From Candidatus Latescibacterota bacterium (GTDB lineage: Bacteria > Latescibacterota > UBA2968 > UBA8231): a stretch of DNA of 64,000 nt. A model generated the notes under the pieces. The model saw only the letters and a program-made list of their open reading frames with translations. It was not told the origin of the DNA and did not search any database. Of this stretch, positions 56,283 through 64,000 are shown in pieces; within the stretch, counting starts at the first letter, position 1, and each line of letters starts with the position of its first letter. The DNA lies in NCBI GenBank assembly GCA_965200315.1, contig OZ241362.1, positions 1,696,001-1,760,000 of the forward strand, read 5' to 3'. The translations under genes and the position numbers were made by a program.

Positions 56283-57338
56283 TTAAGCGGGCAGCACCTC
56301 GCGCAAGACCCGCAGATAATTCCCGCCGCAGATCTTGCGCGCGTCCTCCTCGGTAAGTCCAGCATCCAGCAAGCCCTCTACCACCCAGGGCAACACCGCA
56401 CTGTTGAAATGGGTGCCGATCCCCACGCCGTCCACCCCCATCACATCAACGGCGTAGCGAACCTGCACCAAGGTCTGCTCCAACTGGTCTGGCGCGACCG
56501 CCTGATAGGGCGCGTCCCCCGGCGGCCGGGTGATCGGCGGCGGGATCCCCAATACGCCGCCGCGCTCGGCCAACGCCCTCATAACCTCGTCGGGAGCCGC
56601 CCTAGGCTCATCGATCAAGGCCCGCGGATGCGAGTGCGAATCAACCACCGGCTTGGCCGATACTTCGATGATATCGAGGGCGCAGGGGTCATTGCTATGG
56701 GCTAGGTCGATAAGGATCCCGGCCGCGTTCATCGCCGCAATCATCCGCACCCCCAACTCGGTCATCCGCCCGCCCGAACGAGTCTCATTGGAGGCGTCCC
56801 AACCCAACTCGCGGGTCGCTTGACCCAAGGTAATCATCCGCAGCCCGAGGCGGGCAAACATCCGCAGGATGCCGGGGCCGTCGCCGAACCAGTCGCTGCG
56901 ATTGGCCCCCATCAATACCGCGACCTTGCCGGCCGCTCGCGCAGCATCCAAATCCCGGGCCGTCCTCACCAACAGCACCTGCTCGGGATAGGCTTCGACG
57001 TTTAGCAAAAAACGGTCGAGCACCCCCAGCACCAGTTGGGTCGGATTCTTGATCGCCAGACTCAGGAACATATCCTCGCTGCCGCGGCCCGGACGCCATT
57101 CCGACTCCTGCCGCCACAGCGGTTTGTAGTTCTCGTCGTAGTAGGCCGCTCCCCCCTTGCACATCACCACCCCCACCCCCCATTCGGTAAACTTGGGGAA
57201 GTCGCCGCGACAAGTACTCGCGTCTTTTTTCCCTAGGTCAATATCGTCTATCACGAAACGGGGATGGGTCAGATTTAACCCCAACATGTCGCATACTAAG
57301 TGCGGCCAAATGCGGCCGGAGGGCAATCTCATGGTCAT
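56283..57338 (-). CDS. Membrane-dipeptidase (peptidase M19)-like amidohydrolase-fold protein with atypical active site
   Basis: LGLRMITL, G.MTELG...MN..GILIDLAHSN, PVVDSHS, GGVLGI, GIGT and GGNYLRV; ATG 57338. Confidence 0.8.
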   Translation of the reverse strand: MTMRLPSGRIWPHLVCDMLGLNLTHPRFVIDDIDLGKKDASTCRGDFPKFTEWGVGVVMCKGGAAYYDENYKPLWRQESEWRPGRGSEDMFLSLAIKNPTQLVLGVLDRFLLNVEAYPEQVLLVRTARDLDAARAAGKVAVLMGANRSDWFGDGPGILRMFARLGLRMITLGQATRELGWDASNETRSGGRMTELGVRMIAAMNAAGILIDLAHSNDPCALDIIEVSAKPVVDSHSHPRALIDEPRAAPDEVMRALAERGGVLGIPPPITRPPGDAPYQAVAPDQLEQTLVQVRYAVDVMGVDGVGIGTHFNSAVLPWVVEGLLDAGLTEEDARKICGGNYLRVLREVLPA

Positions 57339-57339
57339 C

Positions 57340-58116
57340 TTATTCACCGAGCGCTTGGTCGAAATCCCGACGGCAATCGGCCAAAACCTGAGCCAAAGCA
57401 AAATCGCCGCCATAAGCCAGCATCTGCGCCCCTTGTGCGCGGTATTTGGCGAGCAACTCGGGCGTACCAGCGGGTATTCCCCAGGCTTTACCGTGTTTTT
57501 GCGCGGCCGCTGCGACTTTGGCGACGGCCTGAGCCAGATCGACATCTCCCCCGGCCAAACCGAGCCGCAACCCCAAGTCCGCCGGGCCGACGAAGAGCGC
57601 GTCCACTCCTTCGACCGCGGCGATCTCCTCGACATTGGCCAGTGCTTGCGGGGTTTCGATCTGCAAGACGACAAAAGTCTCGCGATTGGCATCGTCGATA
57701 TAGGTACTGCCCTCATGCCATACGTCGAGACCGAAATCGCCGTCCAAGCCCGCCCCGTCCAGACCGCGATTGCCCAAGGGTGGGTACTTCACCGCCTCGA
57801 CGATTTGGCGCGCCAAGGCCGCATCGGAAACCAGCGGCATCATCAGACCGGTCGCGCCGTCTTCGAGATAGCGGTAGAGGCGGGTGCGCTCAAGCGTCGG
57901 GGCCCGCAACATGCAATCGATATCGCAGGCGCGACATAAGGCCAACAGGCCCTGGACCTCGCGCTGATCCATCGCCCGGTGTTCCAAGTCGAGCCAGATG
58001 CCGTCATAGCCGTTGTGGGCGGCATAGCGCACAAAAAACGGCAGATAATGCCCTAGGCCACAGATGCGGGCACACCGCCCCGTGCGCACTTTGTCTAAGA
58101 CTTTGCTCTTTCTCAT
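57340..58116 (-). CDS. HpcH/HpaI aldolase family protein
   Basis: WLDLEH, KYPPLGNRG, QIET..A..NVEEIAAVEGVDALFVGPADL; ATG 58116. Confidence 0.92.
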   Translation of the reverse strand: MRKSKVLDKVRTGRCARICGLGHYLPFFVRYAAHNGYDGIWLDLEHRAMDQREVQGLLALCRACDIDCMLRAPTLERTRLYRYLEDGATGLMMPLVSDAALARQIVEAVKYPPLGNRGLDGAGLDGDFGLDVWHEGSTYIDDANRETFVVLQIETPQALANVEEIAAVEGVDALFVGPADLGLRLGLAGGDVDLAQAVAKVAAAAQKHGKAWGIPAGTPELLAKYRAQGAQMLAYGGDFALAQVLADCRRDFDQALGE

Positions 58117-58158
58117 ATTCCCCGCTTTGCTAAAGGGTTGCGTTGCGCCCATAGTATA

Positions 58159-58192
58159 CTACTACAAACACGCCCGCTCCACCTTCGCAAAC
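58159..58192. repeat. Direct repeat copy 1 (att-like): displaced 3' end of the aminotransferase gene
   Basis: CTACTACAAACACGCCCGCTCCACCTTCGCAAAC matches 59209-59242 at 31 of 34 positions; the last 23 bp are identical. Confidence 0.9.
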
Positions 58193-58209
58193 TCTGTACG
58201 TGGCCAGCC

Positions 58210-58533
58210 GAAGTTGAATATGAGCGCCTGTGTGCTATAGAAGAAGATTTCGCGGATATGGTGGCGGCGCGGACCGTCGAGGCGAGGATTGCCAGCGGTG
58301 TGGAAGAACTCGTACCAGCGCATGTAGCCGACCGGCTCATCGACCGAGAATCCCCTTTGAGGGTGTGGCGTGAATACCGTGGACTATCTCAATCCGCCTT
58401 AGCACGCGCCTCTGGTGTCAACCGAGTGCAGATCGTCGAGATCGAGACAGGACGCAACAGTGGGTCTGTGTACACCCTTCGCAAACTGGCCGATGTCCTT
58501 GAGGTAGCGGTGGATGACATCATCCCCGCGTGA
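58210..58533 (+). pseudogene. XRE-family HTH antitoxin-like gene, probably 5'-truncated
   Basis: EYERL...ED..D...EELVP....RL...SPLRVWREYRGLSQSALARASGV...IETG...GSV.TLRKLADVL; no convincing start and no toxin gene. Confidence 0.7.
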
Positions 58534-58559
58534 GAAGCTTCGAGACCGCGTTTCGTCCG

Positions 58560-59108
58560 TTCTCGGCGCACCTGTGACATTTCACAAGATCATACCAGAG
58601 TACGAAGTGAAGTTCGACCAACATGGCAAAGGTCGCTTCCATGATTCCATGACCTTGGGATCTGTGGGAAAACCCCGTCCGGCAAGAGCCTTTTCTTGGG
58701 AGTGGAAGCAAAAGTAGATGAGCCGTTCGGTGCCTATGTCGCAGATGAGTGGCGAAAGGCCCAAGAAATAAGGGAAAGCGGAAAGAGAACGCGCCTGCCT
58801 AGGCGGATAATGCAACTATGCGACAGGTTTGATGACGGACTAGGAATCAGCAAATGCGATAGTTACTCTATGGCACGGCTGGAACCGTAGATTCCAAAGC
58901 GGATGTATCAGTGTTCTACGTGGCCGTATTCAAAACCGACTGCTACGATACCGCGATTGGAGAATCGAACCATCGGGATTACCGGCAGTTCATAGAACGC
59001 GCTGGCGGAGTCCCTACGCAGGACAACGGCAAGGGAGCGTCCTCCCACATTCTAACGCTTGGCGGCAAACGACTGATAGCCATCTACGAATACTTTGACC
59101 TCAGATGA
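58560..59108 (+). pseudogene. Frameshifted DUF6946-like (PD-(D/E)xK-type) gene fragments
   Basis: Consecutive short ORFs give PEYEVKFD..GKGRFHD, GVEAKVDEPFG and NHRDYRQF, separated by frameshifts and stops; the family assignment is from recollection. Confidence 0.55.
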
Positions 59109-59208
59109 CGAGATGAAAAGGCTCCCGTCCGTTCAATCTTCCCCAAATTAAAATATCTGGTTTATCCGGTATTGCGGTGCACTCGCCGGTCGTCTCGTTT
59201 CTACGCTT

Positions 59209-59242
59209 CTACCGCAAATACGCCCGCTCCACCTTCGCAAAC
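59209..59242. repeat. Direct repeat copy 2 (att-like): current 3' end of the aminotransferase gene
   Basis: CTACCGCAAATACGCCCGCTCCACCTTCGCAAAC encodes FAKVERAYLR* on the minus strand. Confidence 0.9.
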
Positions 59243-60441
59243 GTCTCGGCAATATCCGCCACTTCCCGTGCGGCAAAATTCTCGTGAATCGACATGATGA
59301 AGTGGCTCTCAACCGAGGCGACGGCGTTGGGACAAGGGAACTCTGCATTGCGGTCTCCCCCATACGCCGGCAATCCCCACGGATAGTCGCTGCCGGGAAA
59401 GACCTGCCGCTGCTTAAACCAGATCGCCTCGGAAGGGATATAGCGATACGTAGCTGTCACCGGAATACCCTCGGCGGCCACGGCCCGAGCAAAGCTGTCT
59501 TTATCCACCCGCAGTTTGTCAGCATCTACGTGGAAGCGCATAAACCAGTACACCCCCTCCGACTCGGCCACCTGCCATCCCAACCGCACCGCCTTGCGCT
59601 CGGCAATGGCCTCTTCGATTTGTGCCGCTACCCGACGCCGCTTGGCGATCATCGCCTCGAGCTTTCTCAGTTGCACCCGCCCAATGGCGGCCGACAGATC
59701 GTTGCCGTTGAGATTGAGTCCGGCGCGCAGGTTGGAGGTCGCATCCGTGTTAAAAGGTTTGCCCCGGTCGGCAAAGCGCTTGGCTTCCCAGCAGAGTTCC
59801 TCGTCGCAGGTAAAGACTACCCCGCCCTGCGGACCCGTCGCGTGGTGCTTGCCGCTCATGGTCGAAAAGGCCGCCACCGTGCCCAACGAGCCCGCTAGCT
59901 GCCCCTCGTAGCGCGCCCCGTGGGCTTGGGCGCAATCCTCGATGACCGGTAGGCCGCGCTCCTCGGCCAGCGCCAAAATCGGCGTCATATCTGCTGGTTC
60001 GCCGGCAATATGAGCTACGACAATGGCGCGGGTGTGGGGCGTCAGCACCGCCTCGATCTGCTCCGCACCGGCATTAAAAGATCCTCGCGCAGCATCAGCA
60101 ACCACTGGCACTTGGCACAACAGGACCGCGGGCATCGCCCCACCCGGATCCGTAATCGGCGGGATCACGACCTCGCCAGCCGCTTCTAGCTTGAGTGCGC
60201 CCAATGCCGCGTAGAGCGCCGAAGTCCCCGAATTGACCAAATCGGCGTAGCCACCCCCCATAAACGCGGCGAACTCCTGCTCATAGGCCAACTCCTCTGG
60301 ACCACTGTAGCCGATTGCATTGCCGCTTTCCTGCGCTTCAGAGAACAGCCGCAGCGCGGCCTGACGCTCCTCAGCCCCAAAGAGATGCCGCTTGGGAAAT
60401 GGCGTCTCGCGGACCTTGGTTCCCCCGTCTATTGCCAACAT
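59209..60441 (-). CDS. DegT/DnrJ/EryC1/StrS-family PLP aminotransferase
   Basis: LAIDGG, NSGTSAL, VIEDCAQAHGA, FS...GKH..TG.QGG (PLP lysine), AAIGRVQL. Confidence 0.93.
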   Translation of the reverse strand: MLAIDGGTKVRETPFPKRHLFGAEERQAALRLFSEAQESGNAIGYSGPEELAYEQEFAAFMGGGYADLVNSGTSALYAALGALKLEAAGEVVIPPITDPGGAMPAVLLCQVPVVADAARGSFNAGAEQIEAVLTPHTRAIVVAHIAGEPADMTPILALAEERGLPVIEDCAQAHGARYEGQLAGSLGTVAAFSTMSGKHHATGPQGGVVFTCDEELCWEAKRFADRGKPFNTDATSNLRAGLNLNGNDLSAAIGRVQLRKLEAMIAKRRRVAAQIEEAIAERKAVRLGWQVAESEGVYWFMRFHVDADKLRVDKDSFARAVAAEGIPVTATYRYIPSEAIWFKQRQVFPGSDYPWGLPAYGGDRNAEFPCPNAVASVESHFIMSIHENFAAREVADIAETFAKVERAYLR

Positions 60442-60549
60442 GGCAAACTTCCTTTCTCAATGGTGAGCCACTGGCGCTAGTCAGAAACTCACCGGTAATT
60501 TAGCAAAATCGCACCGCTCGCCGCCCATAACTAGCACCGCACTACTGAT

Positions 60550-61809
60550 TTGCACAAAAGACACGACCCCTACTCCAGCCTGCGCGTCCCGCTCTTCCGG
60601 CGTTATCTCATCGCTTCCTCGCTGGTGAGGATGGGTACGGCCGCCCAAGGTTTGGCCATCGGTTGGGAGATGTACGATCGCACCGGCCAAGCCCTTTCCC
60701 TCGGCATGGTCGGCCTCGTCCAAGCCATCCCCATGCTGCTGTTGACGCTGCCGGCCGGGTATCTAGCCGACGTCTTCGACCGCCGCAAACTGATGATGCT
60801 CAGTCTAGCCGGCGCCACACTCGCTTCGCTGGGCTTGGCTGTATTTAGCTGGTACCAGATGCCGACCTACTGGATGTACGTGCTGCTCTTTTTGGACTCG
60901 TCCTTCCTCCGCTTGGGCTGGCCCGCCCAACGAGCCATCGCGCCCTTGCTGGTGCCGGACGCGCTCTTTGAAAACGCCGCCAAGTGGTCAACCAGCTTGC
61001 AGCAGATCATCGGCATCGCCGGACCGGCCATCGGCGGTTTTGTCATCGCCTTCAATCTCCAAGCCGCCTATGTCCTCAGCGCCGTTTCCTCGGCGGCCTT
61101 CATCTTCTTCCTCAGCACCATGATCTTGCCGCCTGCTCCGCGCATTCAAGGGGGCAAGATGTTCGCTCAAATCGCCGTTGGGCTGCGCTTCGTCCGCGAC
61201 CAGCCGCTCCTCCTCGGCGCGATCTCGCTCGATCTGTTCGCCGTCCTCTTAGGCGGCGCAGTGTATCTCTTGCCCATCTTCGCCCGCGAGATCATCGACC
61301 TCAGTTCCGTCGGCCTCGCACCCGAAGCCGCGCTCGGCTGGCTGGTCGCGGCCCCGGCCATCGGTGCCAGCATCACCGCCTTGGCCATCGCCCATTTGCC
61401 GCCGATTCGCCGCGCTGGCAAGACCCTACTCTGGTGCGTGGCCGGCTTTGGCGCGGCGACCATTCTCTTTGGCCTCTCGCAAAACTTCTGGTTCTCGCTG
61501 CTGATGCTGGCGCTGACCGGAGCCTTCGACAACGTCAGCATGGTCATCCGTCGCGTCATCTCGCAGATAGGTACACCCAACGAGATGCGGGGCCGGGTCC
61601 AAGCTGTCTCCGCCATCTTCGTCGGTGCTTCCAACGAGATCGGCGGCTTTGAGTCCGGGCTGGTAGCTCAGCTTTTCAACCCGGTCTTCTCCGTCGTCAG
61701 CGGCGGCATCGGCACGTTGCTGATCGTGGCCGCTTGGACGGGCCTTTTCCCCTCGCTGAGAAACTTGGGCAGCCTCGCGTCCCTGACGACCCAGCGCTCG
61801 GCGAAATGA
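60550..61809 (+). CDS. MFS transporter
   Basis: About twelve TM helices; GYLADVFDRRK motif A; TPNEMRGRV; SNEIGGFESG. Confidence 0.92.
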   Translation: MHKRHDPYSSLRVPLFRRYLIASSLVRMGTAAQGLAIGWEMYDRTGQALSLGMVGLVQAIPMLLLTLPAGYLADVFDRRKLMMLSLAGATLASLGLAVFSWYQMPTYWMYVLLFLDSSFLRLGWPAQRAIAPLLVPDALFENAAKWSTSLQQIIGIAGPAIGGFVIAFNLQAAYVLSAVSSAAFIFFLSTMILPPAPRIQGGKMFAQIAVGLRFVRDQPLLLGAISLDLFAVLLGGAVYLLPIFAREIIDLSSVGLAPEAALGWLVAAPAIGASITALAIAHLPPIRRAGKTLLWCVAGFGAATILFGLSQNFWFSLLMLALTGAFDNVSMVIRRVISQIGTPNEMRGRVQAVSAIFVGASNEIGGFESGLVAQLFNPVFSVVSGGIGTLLIVAAWTGLFPSLRNLGSLASLTTQRSAK

Positions 61810-61893
61810 GAGACCGGTGCTTTCTAGCGACTTTGCTTTTGACTATAGTATAGACCGCGACTCAATAGACGCCGCCAAACACGGGGAAGGGAC

Positions 61894-62628
61894 ATGAAGA
61901 AAAAACTTTTCATCACCGGCGCGGCCGGCAAAGTCGGGTCTGGCCTGCGCCGCCATCTCAAAGACCGCTACGACTTCCGCCTACTCTTTCACCGCAACAT
62001 CCCCGAAGTCGAACCAAACGACGAAATCGTGGTCTCCGACCTCGCCAACTTCGAGAACATGGTCGAGGCCTGCGAAGGTATCGACACCATCGTCCACCTC
62101 GGCATCGCCATCGTCCAGCGAGGCTATCCGCGCACGCGCTACAACCAGATGATCATGGAGACCAACATCGAGGGCACCTACAACATCTTTGAGGCCGCCC
62201 GCATCAACAAGGTCCCGGTCGTCGTCTTTGCCAGCACCAATCACGTAACGGGCTTCTACGAGCAAGAAGACATCTACACCACCCCCGAGATGCCGATCCG
62301 CCCCGACAGCATGTACGGCGTCAGCAAGGCATTCGGCGAAGCCCTCGGCCGCTTTTACTACGACGAATACGGCATCTCCTCCTACTGCCTCCGCATCGCC
62401 AACTACCCGGACACCGAGGAAGTCAACAGCTCCTATCCCCCCGGCGAAAACCGCTGGCTCAGCGCCCGCGATGTCTCCGAGCTGACTGCCTGCTGCATCG
62501 AGGCTCCCCGGCCCCAATTCGGCATTTTCTACGGGGTCTCACTCGGCGCAGACAAAAAATGGGACCTCGCCAACGCCAAAGAACTCGTCGGCTGGGAGCC
62601 CCAGGACCGCGGTGCCCCCTCGCCGTGA
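61894..62628 (+). CDS. NAD(P)-dependent epimerase/dehydrogenase, uronate-dehydrogenase-like SDR
   Basis: ITGAAGKVG, ASTNHVTG, PDSMYGVSKAFGE, LRI, WLS.RD. Confidence 0.88.
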   Translation: MKKKLFITGAAGKVGSGLRRHLKDRYDFRLLFHRNIPEVEPNDEIVVSDLANFENMVEACEGIDTIVHLGIAIVQRGYPRTRYNQMIMETNIEGTYNIFEAARINKVPVVVFASTNHVTGFYEQEDIYTTPEMPIRPDSMYGVSKAFGEALGRFYYDEYGISSYCLRIANYPDTEEVNSSYPPGENRWLSARDVSELTACCIEAPRPQFGIFYGVSLGADKKWDLANAKELVGWEPQDRGAPSP

Positions 62629-63275
62629 CGGATGTGGCCCACTTGGGCGGCGGCTACGCAGAGTCCGCACCCGACCCCGGCCCCACCGTAACAGCCCTCC
62701 TACAAGCCGCCCGCCCCGGTAGCCCGTCTTCTCGCCTCGTGATTTTGGGCGGGCCGCCCGGAGTCGGCAAAACCACCGTCGCCCAATCCCTGCTCGCCCT
62801 CTGCCCCAACACCTTTCTCCTCGACAAAGACCAAACGGCCGCGGGCTTTATCCTCGAAGCGGCCGCGCTGCGGGGGGACACACCCGACGCGGCTTACGGC
62901 ACTCCTCATTACTGGCAAAAGCTCCGTCCTCTCGAATACGCCAGTGCCCTCGCCGCCGCTTGCGCCAACCTCGTCGGCACCCGCCAAGTCCTCCTCGTTG
63001 GCGGCTTTGGCCCCGAATTGGGTGTGGATGTTCTCTGGGAAGGGCTAGCAGCAAACATCGCCCCAGCCGCTCTCTGCGTCCTCCACCTCGACCCGCCCCC
63101 CCTAGACATTTGGTGCGCCCGCATGGCCGGTCGCGGCTCTCGCGCCGACGCTTCGTACTTTGCCCATCTCGCGCAGGCCCTCGGCGATCTTCCCGTCTGG
63201 GCCGGGGCCGTCCGCATCCCGACCAACGGCCCCCTGCACTCGGTCGTCCAACGCGCCCTCAACGCCTTCGGCTGA
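62625..63275 (+). CDS. P-loop small-molecule kinase-like protein
   Basis: Walker A GGPPGVGKTT, LLDKD and R...RG lid; GTG start overlapping the previous stop. Confidence 0.75.
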   Translation: MTDVAHLGGGYAESAPDPGPTVTALLQAARPGSPSSRLVILGGPPGVGKTTVAQSLLALCPNTFLLDKDQTAAGFILEAAALRGDTPDAAYGTPHYWQKLRPLEYASALAAACANLVGTRQVLLVGGFGPELGVDVLWEGLAANIAPAALCVLHLDPPPLDIWCARMAGRGSRADASYFAHLAQALGDLPVWAGAVRIPTNGPLHSVVQRALNAFG

Positions 63276-63341
63276 AGGTGTGTGGACCGGGCGCACTACG
63301 GTTGACTTTTCTCGGCTCTACCCTTTACTTGTTAGGATGTT

Positions 63342-64000
63342 ATGTTAATCGTCCACAGTGCCTTAGGCTACTGCGTTCTTCTCGCCATCGCCTACCTCAT
63401 CGGTCGCCGCACTCGCTTTCCTTGGAAGACTCTCGGCGTGGCCACAGTGCTCCAGCTCCTGTTGGCCGCCATCCTGCTGCAACCAGCCATCCGCTCGCTG
63501 GTGTTTGGCCTCGCCAGCGACTTGACGACCCTGCTCAAAAAAATCGCGCTCACTGCCAATGAGTCGCTGCTGTTTAGCGGCGTGAGCGCCGAGTCGTTTG
63601 CCCGCGAACACGGCCCGGTGGTCGCACTCGAAATTGCGGCGATCCTCATCTTTGTGGCCTCGCTTTCGCGCGTGCTCTACCACTACCGGCTCCTTCCTTG
63701 GGTCATCGCCCGGCTCAGCCGGTTCATGCAGAAGTCTATGGGCCTCAGTTCAGCCGAGAGCGTCGGCATGAGCGCCAATATTTTTCTCGGCATGACCGAA
63801 GCCCCGCTCCTGATCCGTCCCTATGTGGCCCGCCTCACCGAGAGCGAACTGCTGTGCTTGATGATCGGCGGCATGGCCACCATCGCCGGCACCGTGATGA
63901 CCATCTACGCGACTATGCTCGGAGCGATCCACCCGGATATTGCCGGGTATCTCTTCGTGGCTTCGCTGATCAGTGCGCCGGCTGCTATCGCCGTATCCAA
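63342..64000 (+). CDS. nupC: NupC/CNT-family nucleoside transporter, partial; runs off the window edge
   Basis: Manual translation gives MLIVHSALG..., AES...ANIFLGMTEAPLLIRPY...SEL...M.GGMATIAGTV. Confidence 0.9.
   Translation, partial: MLIVHSALGYCVLLAIAYLIGRRTRFPWKTLGVATVLQLLLAAILLQPAIRSLVFGLASDLTTLLKKIALTANESLLFSGVSAESFAREHGPVVALEIAAILIFVASLSRVLYHYRLLPWVIARLSRFMQKSMGLSSAESVGMSANIFLGMTEAPLLIRPYVARLTESELLCLMIGGMATIAGTVMTIYATMLGAIHPDIAGYLFVASLISAPAAIAVS

Larger units (their letters stand above)
58193..59208. mobile_element. Decayed ~1 kb integrated islet with no integrase left
   Basis: Bounded by the gene-end direct repeats; cargo is an HTH antitoxin-like gene and a frameshifted nuclease-like gene on the strand opposite the host operon. 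Confidence 0.7.

Noticed and set aside
692-63932. Numerous overlapping or antisense ORFs in the ORF track (e.g. 25738-26508, 41681-42466, 57157-57939)
   Set aside because: They are shadows of well-supported genes in GC-rich DNA, with Arg/Pro/Ser-biased translations and no motifs.

Overview
Bacterial genomic DNA, high GC over most of the window. The gene repertoire suggests an FCB-group organism such as Ca. Latescibacterota; this is inference. 1-23.7 kb is housekeeping: topA (partial), map, MBL hydrolase, nrdJ/nrdR with tandem NrdR boxes, TPR-exbB-exbD-exbD-tonB, accD, an Omp85-like gene, surE, and rpmI-rplT-pheS-pheT-zapB-zapA-rny-ymdB-xseA-xseB-recN-pgsA. 23.9-31 kb holds a peptidase/beta-propeller/Omp85 fusion, a CBM9-like gene, an unknown gene, a PhyH dioxygenase and gene debris. 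About 31.3-54.1 kb is a visibly more AT-rich block made almost entirely of envelope genes. It has three CRTAC1/ASPIC-UnbV proteins and a TPR protein around a six-gene cassette at 37.2-49.1 kb, the best candidate for an undescribed system. That cassette encodes a secreted protein ending in TAVExxSWGxIK, three paralogous proteins with FTPNGD/FlgD-Ig C-termini, a 903-aa orphan outer-membrane-like protein and a lipoprotein foldase. 54.1-64 kb is a small-molecule cluster: DegT aminotransferase, HpcH aldolase, an atypical dipeptidase-fold protein, a PhyH with H-x-G, MFS, SDR, kinase and nupC. It is interrupted by a decayed ~1 kb islet flanked by a duplication of the aminotransferase 3' end. Other oddities are an RNase Y with altered HD ligands, a heptamer-repeat hairpin, and apparent CCWGG erosion. 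No rRNA, tRNA or CRISPR array was seen.
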